From NCBI RefSeq assembly GCF_009914755.1, contig NC_060947.1: a DNA stretch of 64,000 nt; one strand, written 5' to 3'. Source of the stretch: the human T2T-CHM13v2.0 reference genome, Homo sapiens. A model generated the notes under the pieces. That model had not been told where the DNA came from. It did not search any database and saw only the letters and a program-made list of their open reading frames with translations. This document shows, piece after piece, positions 13,264 to 27,006 of the stretch (positions within the stretch are counted from its first letter, which is position 1; every line of letters starts with the position of its first letter). Made by a program: the position numbers and the translations under genes.

Positions 13264-15221
13264 CCTTAAAGCATTTTCTATCCCCAAACTTCATTCTCTC
13301 TAAACTTTGAGGCAGCTGGGAGAGTAAAGGGGGTGTTGATTTAAACAGGAAAATAGAGGCATCACAATGTAGAAATAATGACTTAGTGGTAAAGTTCTTA
13401 TTTAGGGTATTTGTGCTTGAGGGAGATCAGATATTTAAATAGAAATTCACCTAGAAATGACTACAGATACTATACATATACCTCACATGCGTGTGCATAC
13501 ATATGCACAATTACAACACACAGCCACATATGTGTATATATATGTGTATATGTGTATTTAGATATATAATTAAAGTCATTCTTAGAAACAACAGAAAAAG
13601 AATAGAAACATTTAGACAGTAATAAAAGTCTGAGCAATAGCTATTGATAAAAATGCAGGCAGGGGAACAAACTTGAAATATAAACCAATCAGCAGGTCCA
13701 GATGATATGCATTTTGGGGTCTTGAGGGAATTCACTAATGATTTCCCTAAACGACTGATAATGGGAGAACCCGATAAAATCCACTTGGGTATGCACTACA
13801 TTTTGCCTTGTCAGCATCCTGCATAATGTTGGTATTCTGGCAGTTACATTCACTAGGGCCTTTCTGCCTACCACCACCCCCTCCCACCAAAGAAAGAAAA
13901 GATTTCATTTCTAGATGTAAATTATACAGGAGTTAACAGAATATACTTTAAAAAAAAGTTCTTTTTATAAATGGAGCCTCCCCACCATTGAATGCTATCA
14001 TCCCAGCCCCTGGGATTGTCAGGTGTGTAACACAGGACAAACACTGCTCCCAAGGCCTGCACAGGGTAGCTGGGCCTATATGGCCTTCACATTCTTGTGC
14101 TGAGATTTACAAGTTTATATTCTGGCAATAGGACTGGAGGTAGCAAGCTAGGAGCCTTTCTACAGAAAGGGAATTTGCGATCAAGTCACATTCTATTCTG
14201 AGGATGTTTTCCCTTCGTTCATGTTCTTGAGAGTAAAGATGGATAAGTTCAAGTGGCTGCACAGATATTTAGCGGGAGATACAAGCTCCATGGGGATGAA
14301 TGGAAGCCCCTGGTTCTTGCAGGTTCTAGAGACCACAGGATAAGGTTGGCTTGGTCAGTTGGTCAGGCCCAAGGCTAAGGAAGGAAAGACGCAAGTAAGA
14401 CCATTCCTTCTACAAACCAGCTAGTACTTCCACAATACATTAACAGGCTGTACTCCTCACCCTAGCCCTATACTATATCCACACTGCCAGGCAGTTATTT
14501 CAGAAATGATTGGGAACAAGGGGAGGTGCTTCTGTGCAATTCATGCTTAGGAAAAATAACTCCAAATGCATTTTCTTCACAAAGAGCACAAATGTATTGT
14601 GGTGATGAATGATTCTAAGGGATTCTGGATAGGGATTTGGTATGTTAATGTTCTTTTTCTAGATTTACACTCTTAACTAGCTTTTCTGATATTTCAATGA
14701 AATCTAAGACTTTTCCCCAGCTCATTATTATTCAACCTCTTAAATAACTCCTTAGGCCTATACCAAAGATACAGGAAACAAAGCTATGTATATATAGATT
14801 GTCATGTGTCAGATGTAGTGGACATTAGTGGAAAGATTACTGATTTAGGAGGTAGGTGACCTGGGTTATTATCCCAGGACTACTAATATCTAGCTTGATC
14901 ATCTTGGGGACAGTAGGTTTTCCCTTATTAGCCTATTTCTTTATGTGTAAAGTATAGACATTAGATATGACCTCTAATACCCACACCTTCTCTAACATTC
15001 TGTGACTTGTGCATATTAGATCCTCAACCTACATAACTTTTTCATTTGTTGTCTTGATTCCTTAAGAATAACATTTCAGGTCCATGGTGGACAAGTTTGT
15101 CATTTTACTAAGACATGAAACTGAATTTCCCATTTGAGGCTGGAGTAGAGTAGAGTCATCCAGCTAGCAAGTGAGCCTAACTGACCTCTTATCACCTTCA
15201 TCTCAATAGGGTTCTATTGGT

Positions 15222-15536
<315 letters not shown>

Positions 15537-16575
15537 CTATTGTTCTCTACTTAATAGATACAGTTTTGTGAGGGAAATTGCATACAATGGTGAATTCGGA
15601 GATTTGGAAACCTTTGTTTATATCAAGGGCCTATTACACAGTATACTTGAGATTGAAAGTCACTGCAAATCAAAGCCAGTTCGGTCTTACATTCTTTGTA
15701 CTTTAATTTTCTCATCTGTTAAGGAAGCAGTGATCAGAGGCTTATTTCTTTCTCATGCAAGACCAGTGTGGGAAAGAAAGACATAGAGGTAGCTCTTATC
15801 TTCCTCACCCCCTAAATGATGTATCTCTTCTGCTCATATTTGATTGACCAGAACTAGTCACAAGGCCTCAGCTTAATTGCAAAAGAGGCTGTGAAATGTA
15901 AGGGAATACATGGCACTAATGGTCACTGCCACAAGGGATAACTCCTTTCTTCTAATAGCATACGAGAATGTTAACAACAACTACTACTATTATTTATTAT
16001 GTGCTAGATACTTTGCTAAATGCTGTACATATATTATCTCATTTAATCATCATAACATTGTGAGGTAGGAACTATTATTATTATGTTTACAAATGAGAAA
16101 CCAAGGCACATAGAGATTTAGAGACTGGTACAAGGTCACATAGCTAGTAAGTAACAAAGATAGTATGTTAACCTGGGTTGAGATAGAATTACATTTGGAA
16201 TGCAATGAAACTGTCCTAGGTAAATGGTACCCAGGCCAGCTCTTGAATTGGCTTTCACAATAGAATTATATTGCCTGTAGGGGGGGTTTGGAATATTGGG
16301 AGTATTTTTAATTGTTAAAATGTTGAAGGTTGGATCATGTAAGAGGAAGGGTCAGTGATGTGAGGTGTCTTGCAATGAGGAGGACATTCCTGTACAATGA
16401 CAAATTGTCCTATTTACATCCCACAAGATGTGAATGTCATTCAAGATGTTCAGGTACATGTATGACATCTTTAAAAATTATCTGAGCCTAGAACTTAAGT
16501 CTGTTTTATTTGTAAACACAAAGTATGTCTCACACAGTTTTAATATATGCTGAATTTTCTAGTAATGAAACAGGA

Positions 16576-16867
16576 TTTTGGAGATGGAGTCTCTCACTCT
16601 TTCACTGAGGCTGGAGTGAAATGGGGCAATCAGCTCATTATAGCCTCAAACTCCTGGGCTCAAGCAACCGTGCTGCCTTAGCCTCCTGAGTAGCTGGGAC
16701 TGTAGGTGCGTACCACCATGACTGGCTATTTTTAAATTTTCTTTTTGTAGAGATGGGGTCTCACTGTGTTGCCCAGGCTGGTCTCAAACTCCTGGCCCCA
16801 AGTGTTCCTCCTGCTTCTTTATCCTCCTTAAGTGGATGAAATACAGGCATGAACCATCATGCCTAGC
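16576..16867 (-). mobile_element. AluJ, tail largely lost
   Basis: Diverged dimer with J-type tagcctcaaactcctgggctcaagc. Confidence 0.9.
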
Positions 16868-16868
16868 G

Positions 16869-17410
16869 TTTTTTTTTTTTTGCATTTTACAAAGTAAATT
16901 TATTTCCTTCAACATTCATAAATCAACATAGTACATGCAAGTAAGTAGGACAGAGGCCATTGGCAATTCTAAGAAAATCATACTGCCTAGCATGTGATAG
17001 ACATCTATCAGGCAAACGGCAAATGGCAGCATTTTAAAATTTAACTTTCAGTAGGAAAGTGATGGAAATAAAAATTAGCCTAGACAGTTCACCATACAAA
17101 AACAATTTTACTTTTATTTATTTATTTTTTTATTATACTTTAAGTTTTAGGGTACATGTGCACAACGTGCAGGTTAGTTACATATGTATACATGTGCCAT
17201 GTTGGTGTGCTGCACCCAGTAACTCATCATTTAACATTAGGTATATCTCCTAATGCTTTCCCTCTCCCCTCCCCCCAACCCCACAACAGGCCCTGGTGTG
17301 TGATGTTCCCCTTCCTGTGTCCATGTGTTCTCATTGTTCAATTCCCGCCTATGAGTGAGAACATGCGGTGTTTTGTTTTTTGTCCTTGCGATAGTTTGCT
17401 GAGAATGATG
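16869..17410 (-). mobile_element. 5'-truncated L1PA (PA4/5-like; 17106-17410) with ~225-bp 3' transduction and second poly(A)
   Basis: L1 3'UTR; minus-strand AATAAA at 16899-16904; T13 at 16869-16881; TSD gcctagc(g/a)ttt at 16861-16871 and 17411-17421. Confidence 0.85.
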
Positions 17411-18691
17411 GCCTAGCATTTATTGAAGAAGGTTTTACTTTGTTTTGTTTAGAACTTTACTGCTAATATCCAGTTTACTAAATGCCAACCACTTTTATAA
17501 TCATGTTCCATATATTAATTTATTTAATCCTCACTACACCCAAAATGGTACATGCTATTGTTATTCCCATTTCACAGATGAAGAAACTGAGACACAGAGA
17601 AGTTAAGTAACTTGCTCAAGGTCACAATCTTAAGTTGCAATCACCATTTTGTAAAATCATGTTATTGATAACAATGTTTTTCTTGGTATTTATCTTCACA
17701 TTTTACCATTTCTGGTACTTATCATTTCTTCGCATAAATTCAACTATCTGTCTGGTATCATATTCCTTTTGCCTGAAGAACTTCTTGAACATTTCTTATA
17801 CTGCAGGTCTTCTAGCATGAATTCTCTCAGCTTTTGTCCAGACATGTCTTTATTTCTTCTTAATTTTTGAAAGTAATTTTCTCAGGTATAGAAATATGGG
17901 TTGATGGCTTATTTCTTTCAGTGTTTTAAACATGTCACTACATTGTCTTCTGGTTGGCATAGTGCTTGTAGTGTTTAAAACACCATCACTCCCAAATCCA
18001 TCTCCATGTACATCTGTCACATTCACAGAAGACATCTGACCTCTTCATTATGTCTCCTAGGGTAGTCATATCAAAGCATTTACATATCATTTTATTTTTA
18101 ATAGCTGTCCCTTTCTCTTTTTTATTACAGTTATGGCATCATGCTAGTTTTTTTACAAATTATGCATATAAAAAGTTATCTATGAATTTCATTTTGAAAT
18201 ATTAAAGTGAACATTACAAATATTTGTAGGGAAAAAGAAGTGTTGAATTTGGTATATTTAAAATCACTGTCTTAGACAAAACTAGTAATTCAGAAAAATT
18301 GCTTTTCAGTTTTCATTCCTCCTTTTGATCTCATCAGCTGCTTATCTGCTCTTTGGCTCTTATTAATTTTAATGAATAGTGGTTACTTTGGAATTGGTAA
18401 CCATACCAATTTGCAAAAATTTCCAAATTTTTGCAATGAACAAAGATTACTTTTATAACCAAGAAGTTAAAATGAAGACTTCAAATAAGGCAAAGCATAT
18501 ATATATATATATGTGTGTGAAGGTATTAATGGCCAATAATAACTTCATGTACCATATTCAACCCTGCTCCAAATAAACAAACATCCCAAAACATTTGTGA
18601 GTCATCAGTGTCTTCCAGATTTAACTATCTACTTTAAGGATTGTAGGCACTGTAGGAAGATATTCTAAGGCAGGTGATATTTTGGAAGTGG

Positions 18692-19191
18692 TGTTACTTA
18701 TCTATTACTGCACAACACGTTTCCTCAAGATGTAGCGGCTTAAAACAATAAACATTTATTATCTCACAATGTCTTAGGGTCAGGAATTCAGAAGCTATTT
18801 GGTTGGATTATTCTGGCTCTGGATCCCTCATGAGGTTTCATTTATGCCGTCAGCCTGGGCTTGAAAGCTTGATTGGGGTTAAGGGATCTACTTCCAAGCT
18901 CACTCACAAAGCTATTAGCAGGAGCCATTAGTTCCTCACCATGTGGACTTTTCTATAGAGCTGCTCACAACATGGCAACTGGCTTAATCTAGAGAGAGAG
19001 GGAAAGACAGAGATCCCAAGACAGAAGCCAAAATATCTTTTATAACCTAGTGTCATCAGTAACAGCATCACTTTTTCCGGATTCTATTGCTCACAAGACC
19101 AACCCTTACCTACTGTGGAAGGGGACTTCACAGGAGTATCAACATTGGAGGCAGAGACTACTAGGGACCATTTCAGAGATGGATAGCCACA
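18692..19191 (-). mobile_element. MLT1 (F/H-like) MaLR solo LTR
   Basis: ggcttaaaacaataaacatttattatctcaca...ggtcaggaattca; ends gccaca. Confidence 0.8.
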
Positions 19192-20364
19192 GAGGTCCCC
19201 AATCACATCCTGGATCACCTACATGTCAAATTGTACAAGCTGTACTGTGCATACATGCGTAAGTGTTTGCACACAGGCATGCATGCATGTGTGTGTGTAC
19301 ATATACAATCCTATACATAGACACCCCAAGGAGAGGTTTTTATGATCCATAAGCCAAAGTTTTTTCATGGCTATCTGATGGCTCACAGCAGTGCTGTTAG
19401 CTTTACTACTTTGTATGTTGATGAATAGGTTAATGGCTTTAGAGACAAATGTGTACTTCCTGGAATATACACTATTATTTTTTAATGAAGCACAGAATTC
19501 AAACTTGGAAATAAACTACTCTTGAATTTTCATTCAGTTTATCTGGATAAAAGATATTGAAATGTAATGGTTAAGAGTGGAGACTCTGGAGTTAGGGAGT
19601 CTGGGTTCAAATCCTGGCTGAACTATTTACTAGCTTTGGAATCTTGAGGAAATCGACCTCACTGTGTTTCAGTTCTATTGCTATGTGAAGGTGAAACTAA
19701 CATCTGCCTCATAGGATTTTTTGTGATAATTGAATAAGCTATTGTTTTAAATATGGGGCTTGGCCCACAGTTACCTAGAAATGGTAGTTTCCCATCACCA
19801 TTGGTGCCTTTTGATGATTTGAGAATCATCTTCTCTGTTAGTCGTGCCTAGGTATTTGTCTGCTCAGTCTATCTCCTCCTTAGTGCTTAGAAAATAATAG
19901 GAAGGCTGTTCATTATTTCCCCATTTTGTGGATCCTGTCATAATGTGCCTTCCTCCCTTCTCACTTCTCTGAGAAAAGATCTGCTGTTGTTTAAGGCACA
20001 ATTAACAATCTGACTGAAGGAACGCGTTAAGTCATTATCAGATATCAACATCTTGATCCAAATAGTCAGCTTAGCTCAAATAGGGAGCAGGGTTCTGGTA
20101 AAATGGAATAGAGGGAGGAAAGCATGTGATGTGCTTAAGGACACAGGGAGGGAACAGTTTCAGTATCTAGGGTGGGTGCTTCCTAGAGGGGACTTACCTT
20201 AGGGGAGGCAGCATGAGAGAACTGAGAGGCAAGCAGTGGGTGCTGGAGGGTGCTAAATGGGAAGAGTTGTGAGTGTATAGAAAGGTTAGGTAAGACCGAA
20301 GACAGCCTAATTCATTTTACATTTTTACTGAAAGCCTGTGGAGTGTGTGGGGGTGTGTGTGTGT

Positions 20365-20388
20365 GGGAGGGGGTTGGGGGGGGTTGGG
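20365..20388 (+). other. Canonical G-quadruplex motif
   Basis: gggagggggttggggggggttggg: four runs of at least 3 G with 1-2 nt loops. Confidence 0.7.
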
Positions 20389-21829
20389 TGCATGGTGTGA
20401 TCATTGAAAAAGAGACCATTTCAGTCTTCTTTGCTGCACAGTATATCACAAAACTGCCTCATTTAGATAATATTGGAAAAGATCTTTCCCTTCAACCTCA
20501 AAGCATGGATGTTTCACATAGTGAAATGCTGACCACTTCCTGCTGGTGCATTCCATAACTTTTCCTCTCTTTGCTTTAGTTGGTGGTGCACACCAACTGG
20601 GCATTTTGAGAAATGCCCAGCCCACTTACCTTCAACAGGAGTTATTTTGTGTTCCTCATAGAAGCATTTTCACTGAGAGCAAGGAGTCTGTGGAAATTAT
20701 TTCTTTTCTTAATGGGGGAAAGGTTTCCACATCATTCTTGCACATCTGCATGGCTTCCTTTAGACTTTGTTCAGTGCAACCTTGGCTTTCATGGTTGGAG
20801 GCATCAGGTGCTGAGGCCCTCTGTAGTTCTGTTCCAGCACAGTAGAGGAGCCTTTACCAATTATAAGCACCATATCTCATACACTCAGGTTCCAGGATCA
20901 GATGCTAAATGTGATATGAGAAAAAAGACCCACACTAAATATAGGATTTTCATGTAGATCTGAATTTGCCTCTCACTTTCTAATCCTCTGTACTATTGCT
21001 TTAAAGTGATTTCTGACAAGAGGCCAGTCTAGAAAAATCATGTCAAGTGCATAAACAAACCCCAAATCTCTCATTAAGCTATTAGCATTGTAAGGGAGCT
21101 CATTATTTTTGACCTTCCCATTATTGACTTTTTAAATTAGAGAATACGCTCAAAGTTGAACGACACCCAATACGTTCTGCAGAACATCAAGCCAATTTTG
21201 CTATATTAAAATTTTACCTTGCACCAGAAAGCTTGGAAAATCAAAAGTGGCTTTGAAGGAATTTTTACTCCTTCTATTATGTGTGCCTTGCTAGGTTCAT
21301 ATGAGAAACATGTATATGTTATATGACAAGATGTGACTGGCTGTATTAATGGCTAAAAAGTTATCAGAGCTTAAAATCACCTTTTCTTAATCTAGGGATC
21401 TCAGATTACCTTGTTCTTACTTGCCACCCTAAAATTCTCTAGCAGTGGGCAGTAAAAGATGTTGAAAGAATGAGCAGTTTTTAACTAGCACCCAAGGTGA
21501 TTCTGATGCACTCTCACTTTGAGAATCCCTGATTATGGCAGACATTTTCAGTATCTTGGAAAAGTCACCTCAGTGTTTTGTTCTGTTTTGGAATGATGAA
21601 AATAGTAAACATCGAAAAGAATGAAATTTACTAAGTGGAACAGATATATATTACAGATATATATTTAAACTTTAAAGCATATGTGAAGAAATGCTTTTAT
21701 CTGCACATTATATGACTCACTGGGCCATCAAGAGGTTATTAACAAGATTACTGATTCTAACAGGTGAATGTTTAAATCGCCAAAAAGTGGATGACGATGA
21801 TAATAAAGGAAATAATAGTTAATACATGG

Positions 21830-22510
21830 TCCCTACCTTCATGGGACTTACTGCAAAGCAGGAAATGCAGACATTAAGTGAATTGTTTGTCTGATGCAGG
21901 TTATAAAAGGAAAGCACAGGATGCTGTGGAAATGCCTAACATGAGGTTCTAATCTCATCCAAGGGCTCTGAGGCAAGACTGGGAAGGGGATCTTTAACCT
22001 GATCCTTGAAGGATAAGAGGATATTACCAAAAGAGATGGGAGAAGTGTTGCAGGCAAAGGAAATGGCATGTTCAAAGGTACACATAGAAGTGTAAAGTTC
22101 AGTATGGCTAGAGCGGAGCAAGGCAAAGAGTAGACAGATAGGAGTCTGCCATGTGTTGCCTGAAGCTAATAACTATCGTTCCAACTCATTGTCTATCACT
22201 CCTTGGAATGCTCTTCTGCCAGATCATGGCTGCCTGTCTCCTTCTCATCATTCAAAACCCATCTCCAATATTACCTTCATAGCAAGGCCTTTCTTGAGCA
22301 CTTCAGCTGTGTCTATCACTTTATCACATTCTTCACTATACTCATCAGTATCTTAAACAACATTTTTATTTAAATATCTCCTTCTTTCTTACTTGTATTC
22401 CTTCACTAGAATGTAAGCTCACTGAAGGTAGAGACCTGGTTTAGCTCATTCACTGTGGCATTTCTGCTACCTAGAACAATGCTAGGCAGAGAATGGTACA
22501 ATTGATATTT
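21830..22510. mobile_element. L2 fragments in both orientations
   Basis: caggcaaaggaaatggcatgttcaaagg and actagaatgtaagctc...cctagaacaatgctaggca L2 motifs. Confidence 0.75.
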
Positions 22511-22549
22511 GCGTTTTCATTTACATTTTGTTTTGACATACACAAACCT

Positions 22550-22827
22550 GGCTGGGTGTGGTGGCTCACACCTGTAATCCTGGCACTCTGGGAGACTGAG
22601 GTGGGAGAATGGCTTGAGGCTAGGAGCTTGAGATCAGCCTGGGCCACATAGTGAGACCCATCTTTACAAAAAAATTTTAAAAATTAGCCAGACATGGTGG
22701 AGCACACCTGTATTCCTAGCTACTTGAGAGGATTGCTTGGGCCCACAAGTTTGAGGGTGCAGTGAGCTAGGACTGAGCCACTGCACTCCAACCTGGGTGA
22801 CAGAGCAAGACCTTGTCTCTTAAAAAA
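22550..22827 (+). mobile_element. AluJ inserted in an L1MA/MB 3' fragment (~22515-23120, minus strand)
   Basis: J-type gagaatggcttgaggctaggag; small right-arm deletion; TSD acacaaa(c/g)ct. Confidence 0.9.
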
Positions 22828-23340
22828 CACAAAGCTGTATATAATTAATATATATAAATTGATGAGTTCAGAGATAAGTACACATCTGTGAAACCACCAT
22901 GACAATCTACGCCATAAAACCATCCATCCTCTCCAGCAGTTTCCCCCATCATCTTATTTACTGTATCTTTTTTTGTGATAAGAACACTTAAGATGTACTC
23001 GTATCAAATTTTGAAGTATATAATTCAGTATCATTAACTGTAGGCACTAAGCTGCATTGCAGATATTGGAGATATTTATTTTTTATAATCAAAACTTTGT
23101 ACCCTTTGACTAATAACAATTGGTAGGTATAAACTGACTGACCACATCCAGTGGTATTGGCCAAGCAGAAGTACTCAAACCATTGCCCGTTGGTTTTGTA
23201 TGGCTCCTCAAAGACTTCAGATATGACCACAAAGCAAATATAAAGAGAAAAAATACCACCTGGAATTGATTTGGGGATTAGAATTATAACTAGCTACCTT
23301 GCAAGGCCTAAAATTACATAGCAAAATAGAGGCAGATGAC

Positions 23341-24136
23341 TTTTTATTTTTTAATTTTTATTTTATTTTTGTTTTTTGTTTTGTTTTGTTTTTTATTTAT
23401 TTATTATTTTGCTTTTAAGTTCTGGGATACATGTGCAGAATGTGCAGGTTTGTTACATAGGTACACATGCACCATGGTGGTTTGTTGCACCTATCAACCC
23501 GTCATCCAGGTTTTAGGCCCTGCATACATTAGGTGTTTGTCCTAATGCTCTCCCTCCCCCTGCCCCCGACCCTTCACCAGGCCCCAGTGTGTGATGTTCC
23601 CTTCCCTATGTCCATGTCTTCTTATTGTCCAACTCCCACTTATGAGTGAGAATGTGCAGTGTTTGGTCTTCTGTTCTTGTGTTAATTTGCTGAGCATGAT
23701 GGCTTCCAGCTTTATCCATGTCCTTGCAAAGGACATGATCTCATTCTCTTTTTATGGCTCCGTAGTATTCCATGGTGTATACGTGCTACATTTTCTCTAT
23801 CCAGTCTATCATTTATGGGCATTTGGGTTGATTCCAAGTCTTTGCTATTGTGAATAGTGCTGCAATAAACATACGTGTGCATGTGTCTTTATAGTAGAAT
23901 GATTTATAGTCCTTTGGGTATATATCCAGTAATGGGATTGCTGGTTCAAATGGTATTTCTTGTTCCAGATCCTTGAGGAATCACCACGCTGTCTTCCACA
24001 CTGGTTGAACTAATGTACACTCCCACTAACAGTGTAAAAGCATTCCTATTTCTCCGCAGCCTTGCCAGCATCTATTGTTTCCTGACTTTTTAATAATTGC
24101 CATTCTGACTGGCGTGGGATGGTGTCTCATTGTGGT
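23341..24136 (-). mobile_element. 5'-truncated older L1PA (PA8-10-like)
   Basis: 3' end ttttaagttctgggatacatgtgcagaatg; ORF2 C-terminal peptide in ORF 23542..23736. Confidence 0.9.
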
Positions 24137-25337
24137 GACAACATTTTTAATTAAGAGAACAATATTTTCATGACAGCAGTGAAATATTTAAATGGTCCAT
24201 TTGTTTACAAGATGTAGATTCATCCTGGCCCTTCATCAATGGAACCGGTAAATTCTCATTCTTACTATTGCTTAAACTTGTGTCCTCAATCTAAGTCCAC
24301 TCTCCCTGTCCCTTTTGAGCGAGTGCCAATTATTACAATATAAAACTCCTTAATTATATACTGTGACATTTTATCTTCTATTCCCCATATTTTGCAGGAG
24401 TCTGATTGCAGGCTGGGGATGGGGTTATTACCATTTGTTAGAAATTGTTCTGCACAGAAGCATGTTCAACCAATCTAGAATCCGGTGCTCTTCTAAGTGA
24501 TGATGTCAGCACATATTTACTAAGCACTAAGCATGTAGCCCACTTTGTTCCTGGTGCTAGGGAAAGGACATGAAACAACATGAAGGAAGAGGAGTTCAAC
24601 TTTTAGAGTACAACCAGTTACTGAGCTATATGTAAATTAAGCTAACCTTTTGAAAATTTGGTGGCTTACGCTGTTAATTCCATGCTTGGGTTCTTCTAAA
24701 GCAGCTTTCTAAGGTTTCACATCTGCTAGTTCTCCAAAATCACCCATTCAGCATTTTGATGTCATTTTCAGCTGGTCTCTTCTTCTTATGGTCTAACATA
24801 CAATCTCCCCTTTACTACTGGTTTTATTCTGGGTAACTGATTCCACCTGGACATTTTCAGAAAGACCATGAAAACACAGCTTTGCTCAATTACTTGTTCA
24901 CAGCTTCCTCTCCTCATTTATCTGAGAGCCATCATGTTATTTGGAACTTCCTTCTTATTTGTGTGACTGGAAAAAGTTTTCCTGTTAGCTTTTAAGTCTC
25001 ATGTAATTTCCTTTTACTCCTTACGGATCTAGCCTGGTTTTCATTTTTTGAGGTATTCCTATTTCCCTTTTGGGTCACTGTATTGCTTTGGATTCCAGCC
25101 AACTTGGCATCTGGTTACCTTGTGAAACAGCCCTGAAATTTTACATCAGAGTAAAATTACTTCAATGTGTTGTGCATCTTTTGTGTCCCATTAAAACTAA
25201 TTTCTAAATAACTTCACCTGTGGCCACCTAGGAGCTGGGTTACTGCATGGAAATGTCGTTTCTGTTTTCCCTGTGAATATTCTACCTAGAGCCAGCATTT
25301 CAAGAGCACAGAGGAATGAGGCATGCTTATATAGTCC

Positions 25338-25709
25338 TATATTTGTCAGCTACAGGTTGCCATAACAAAATATCACAGATGCTGTGGCTAAAACAACAGA
25401 TATTTATTTTCTCATAGTTCTGTAGCTAGAAGTCCAAGAGCATGGCGCCAACATGGATAGTCTCTGGTGAGGGCTGTCTTCCCGGCTAATAGATGGCCTC
25501 CTTCTCACTGTGTCTTCATATGGCTGGGTGAGCGAGCACTAAGTGTCTCTTCTTATAAGGCCACTAATTCCACCATGAAGGCCCCATCCTCATGACTTCA
25601 TCTAAACCTACTTATCTCCCAAAGGTCCCATCTCCAAATACCATCCCCCTGGGGGTTAGAGCTTCAGCATATGAATTTGGGGCGGGGAGACACAATTCAG
25701 TTCGTAGCA
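25338..25709 (-). mobile_element. MLT1A-like solo LTR
   Basis: gccataacaaaatatcacaga...gaagtccaaga...cacaattcagttcgtagca; TSD agtcc/agttc. Confidence 0.85.
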
Positions 25710-26835
25710 AGTTCCATTTTTTTTGTAACAGGTGAAGGAAAAATAATAAAATCAACCCGCCCTTTTCAATGCGATAATAGCGGGGTGACTTGAAATCAAC
25801 CTATTACTTAATTACTACTTAGAGGCAATGTGATAATATAGTTGTTAAAGATTCTAGAGCCAAATTACCTGTTTTTTTTTCTCCCAGCTAGTACTTTCTA
25901 GCTGTGAATATTCAGGTAAATTAATCAATTACTGTGCCTCAGTTTCCTCATGTCTAAAATGGGTATAATAGTAGTATTTATCTCATAGGTTGTTTGTATT
26001 AAATGAGTTAAACACGAAGTACAGTGTCTGACACATAGTACATTGTTCAATAATTGTTATCATTGCTGATATAATCACTACAATTGTTAATGTGGTCTCT
26101 GTTCCAAACTCATATAGATTCTGGTTCTGTTCTTGACTGAGACCATTCAAGTGTAATGCCATCTATCCTCTCCCACCCCCAGATCTTAACTGAGGATCTG
26201 GGATTGAAATGGAGGTTGTCTCATTCTCTCATTTGTAGGGGGCATTTTGTCAGCCTGGCTGAAGTTGAGCCTGGAATTGGAATCAGTGCAGAGAGTTGGG
26301 GGTTACCTCAGGAAGTCAGAAGTACGAAGAGGCAGAGATGAATGTCTTAGGGCACAATTTGGGAAGCACCATTCTATCTTTTGAGGGCAAGTGGAGGTTC
26401 ATAAATGAAAAGCATTTAGAAAGTTAGAAGCTGGCTGATACTGGAAAGCAGCTAAAAGCAAGACCCCAAAATGAAACATGAAACCAGAGGGGATTCCACA
26501 TTTCTGAGAGTAGGGCTGAAGAGGTTAAGGGTAATTCTTACTGACACTGGCATTTTTAGTGGGCTGCTCTTTTCCAAACCCCACGATCAGGGTGAACAGA
26601 AACAGACATTGAGTTTCTTAAAGTATGGGGCTGGCTGCAGCAGTGGTCATCTTTGCTTATAGTCTGATATTGATTATTGTCAGGCAGTAAAGGAAATAAA
26701 TCCACATACAAAGTTCCTTGAATAAGCAGGCAATGGTCATTTGAAGATACCCTTTCCTATGAAATTGAGAATTGCACATTTCTTGAGATCTACTTAAGTC
26801 AAAATATATGTGACTTGAGACAATCATTTTCCAGG

Positions 26836-27006
26836 CAGCAAGAGCGCAGCCATCTGCAAGCTGAGGAGAGAAGCCTCAGAGGAAACCAACACTGCTGGTA
26901 CCTTGATCACGGACTTCCAGAATCAAGAACTTTGAGAATAAATTTCTGTTGTCTTAGCCACCCAATCTGTCGTATTTTGTTATGGTAACCCTAGCAAATT
27001 AATACA
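26836..27006 (+). mobile_element. MLT1A/B LTR 3' fragment
   Basis: gccatctgcaagc...ataaatttctgttg...ctagcaaattaataca. Confidence 0.8.

Larger units (their letters stand above)
16250..18270. mobile_element. Fragmented MER20B-like hAT element (~16250-16570 and ~17970-18270) hosting later insertions
   Basis: Motifs tctgagcctagaac and tctatgaatttcatttt...aaatcactg recalled from the MER20B consensus. Confidence 0.55.

Noticed and set aside
25749-25801. Small CpG-containing hairpin (tcaacccgc/gcggggtga) with aaatcaacc direct repeats
   Set aside because: 9-bp imperfect arms are within chance for 64 kb; no family recognised.
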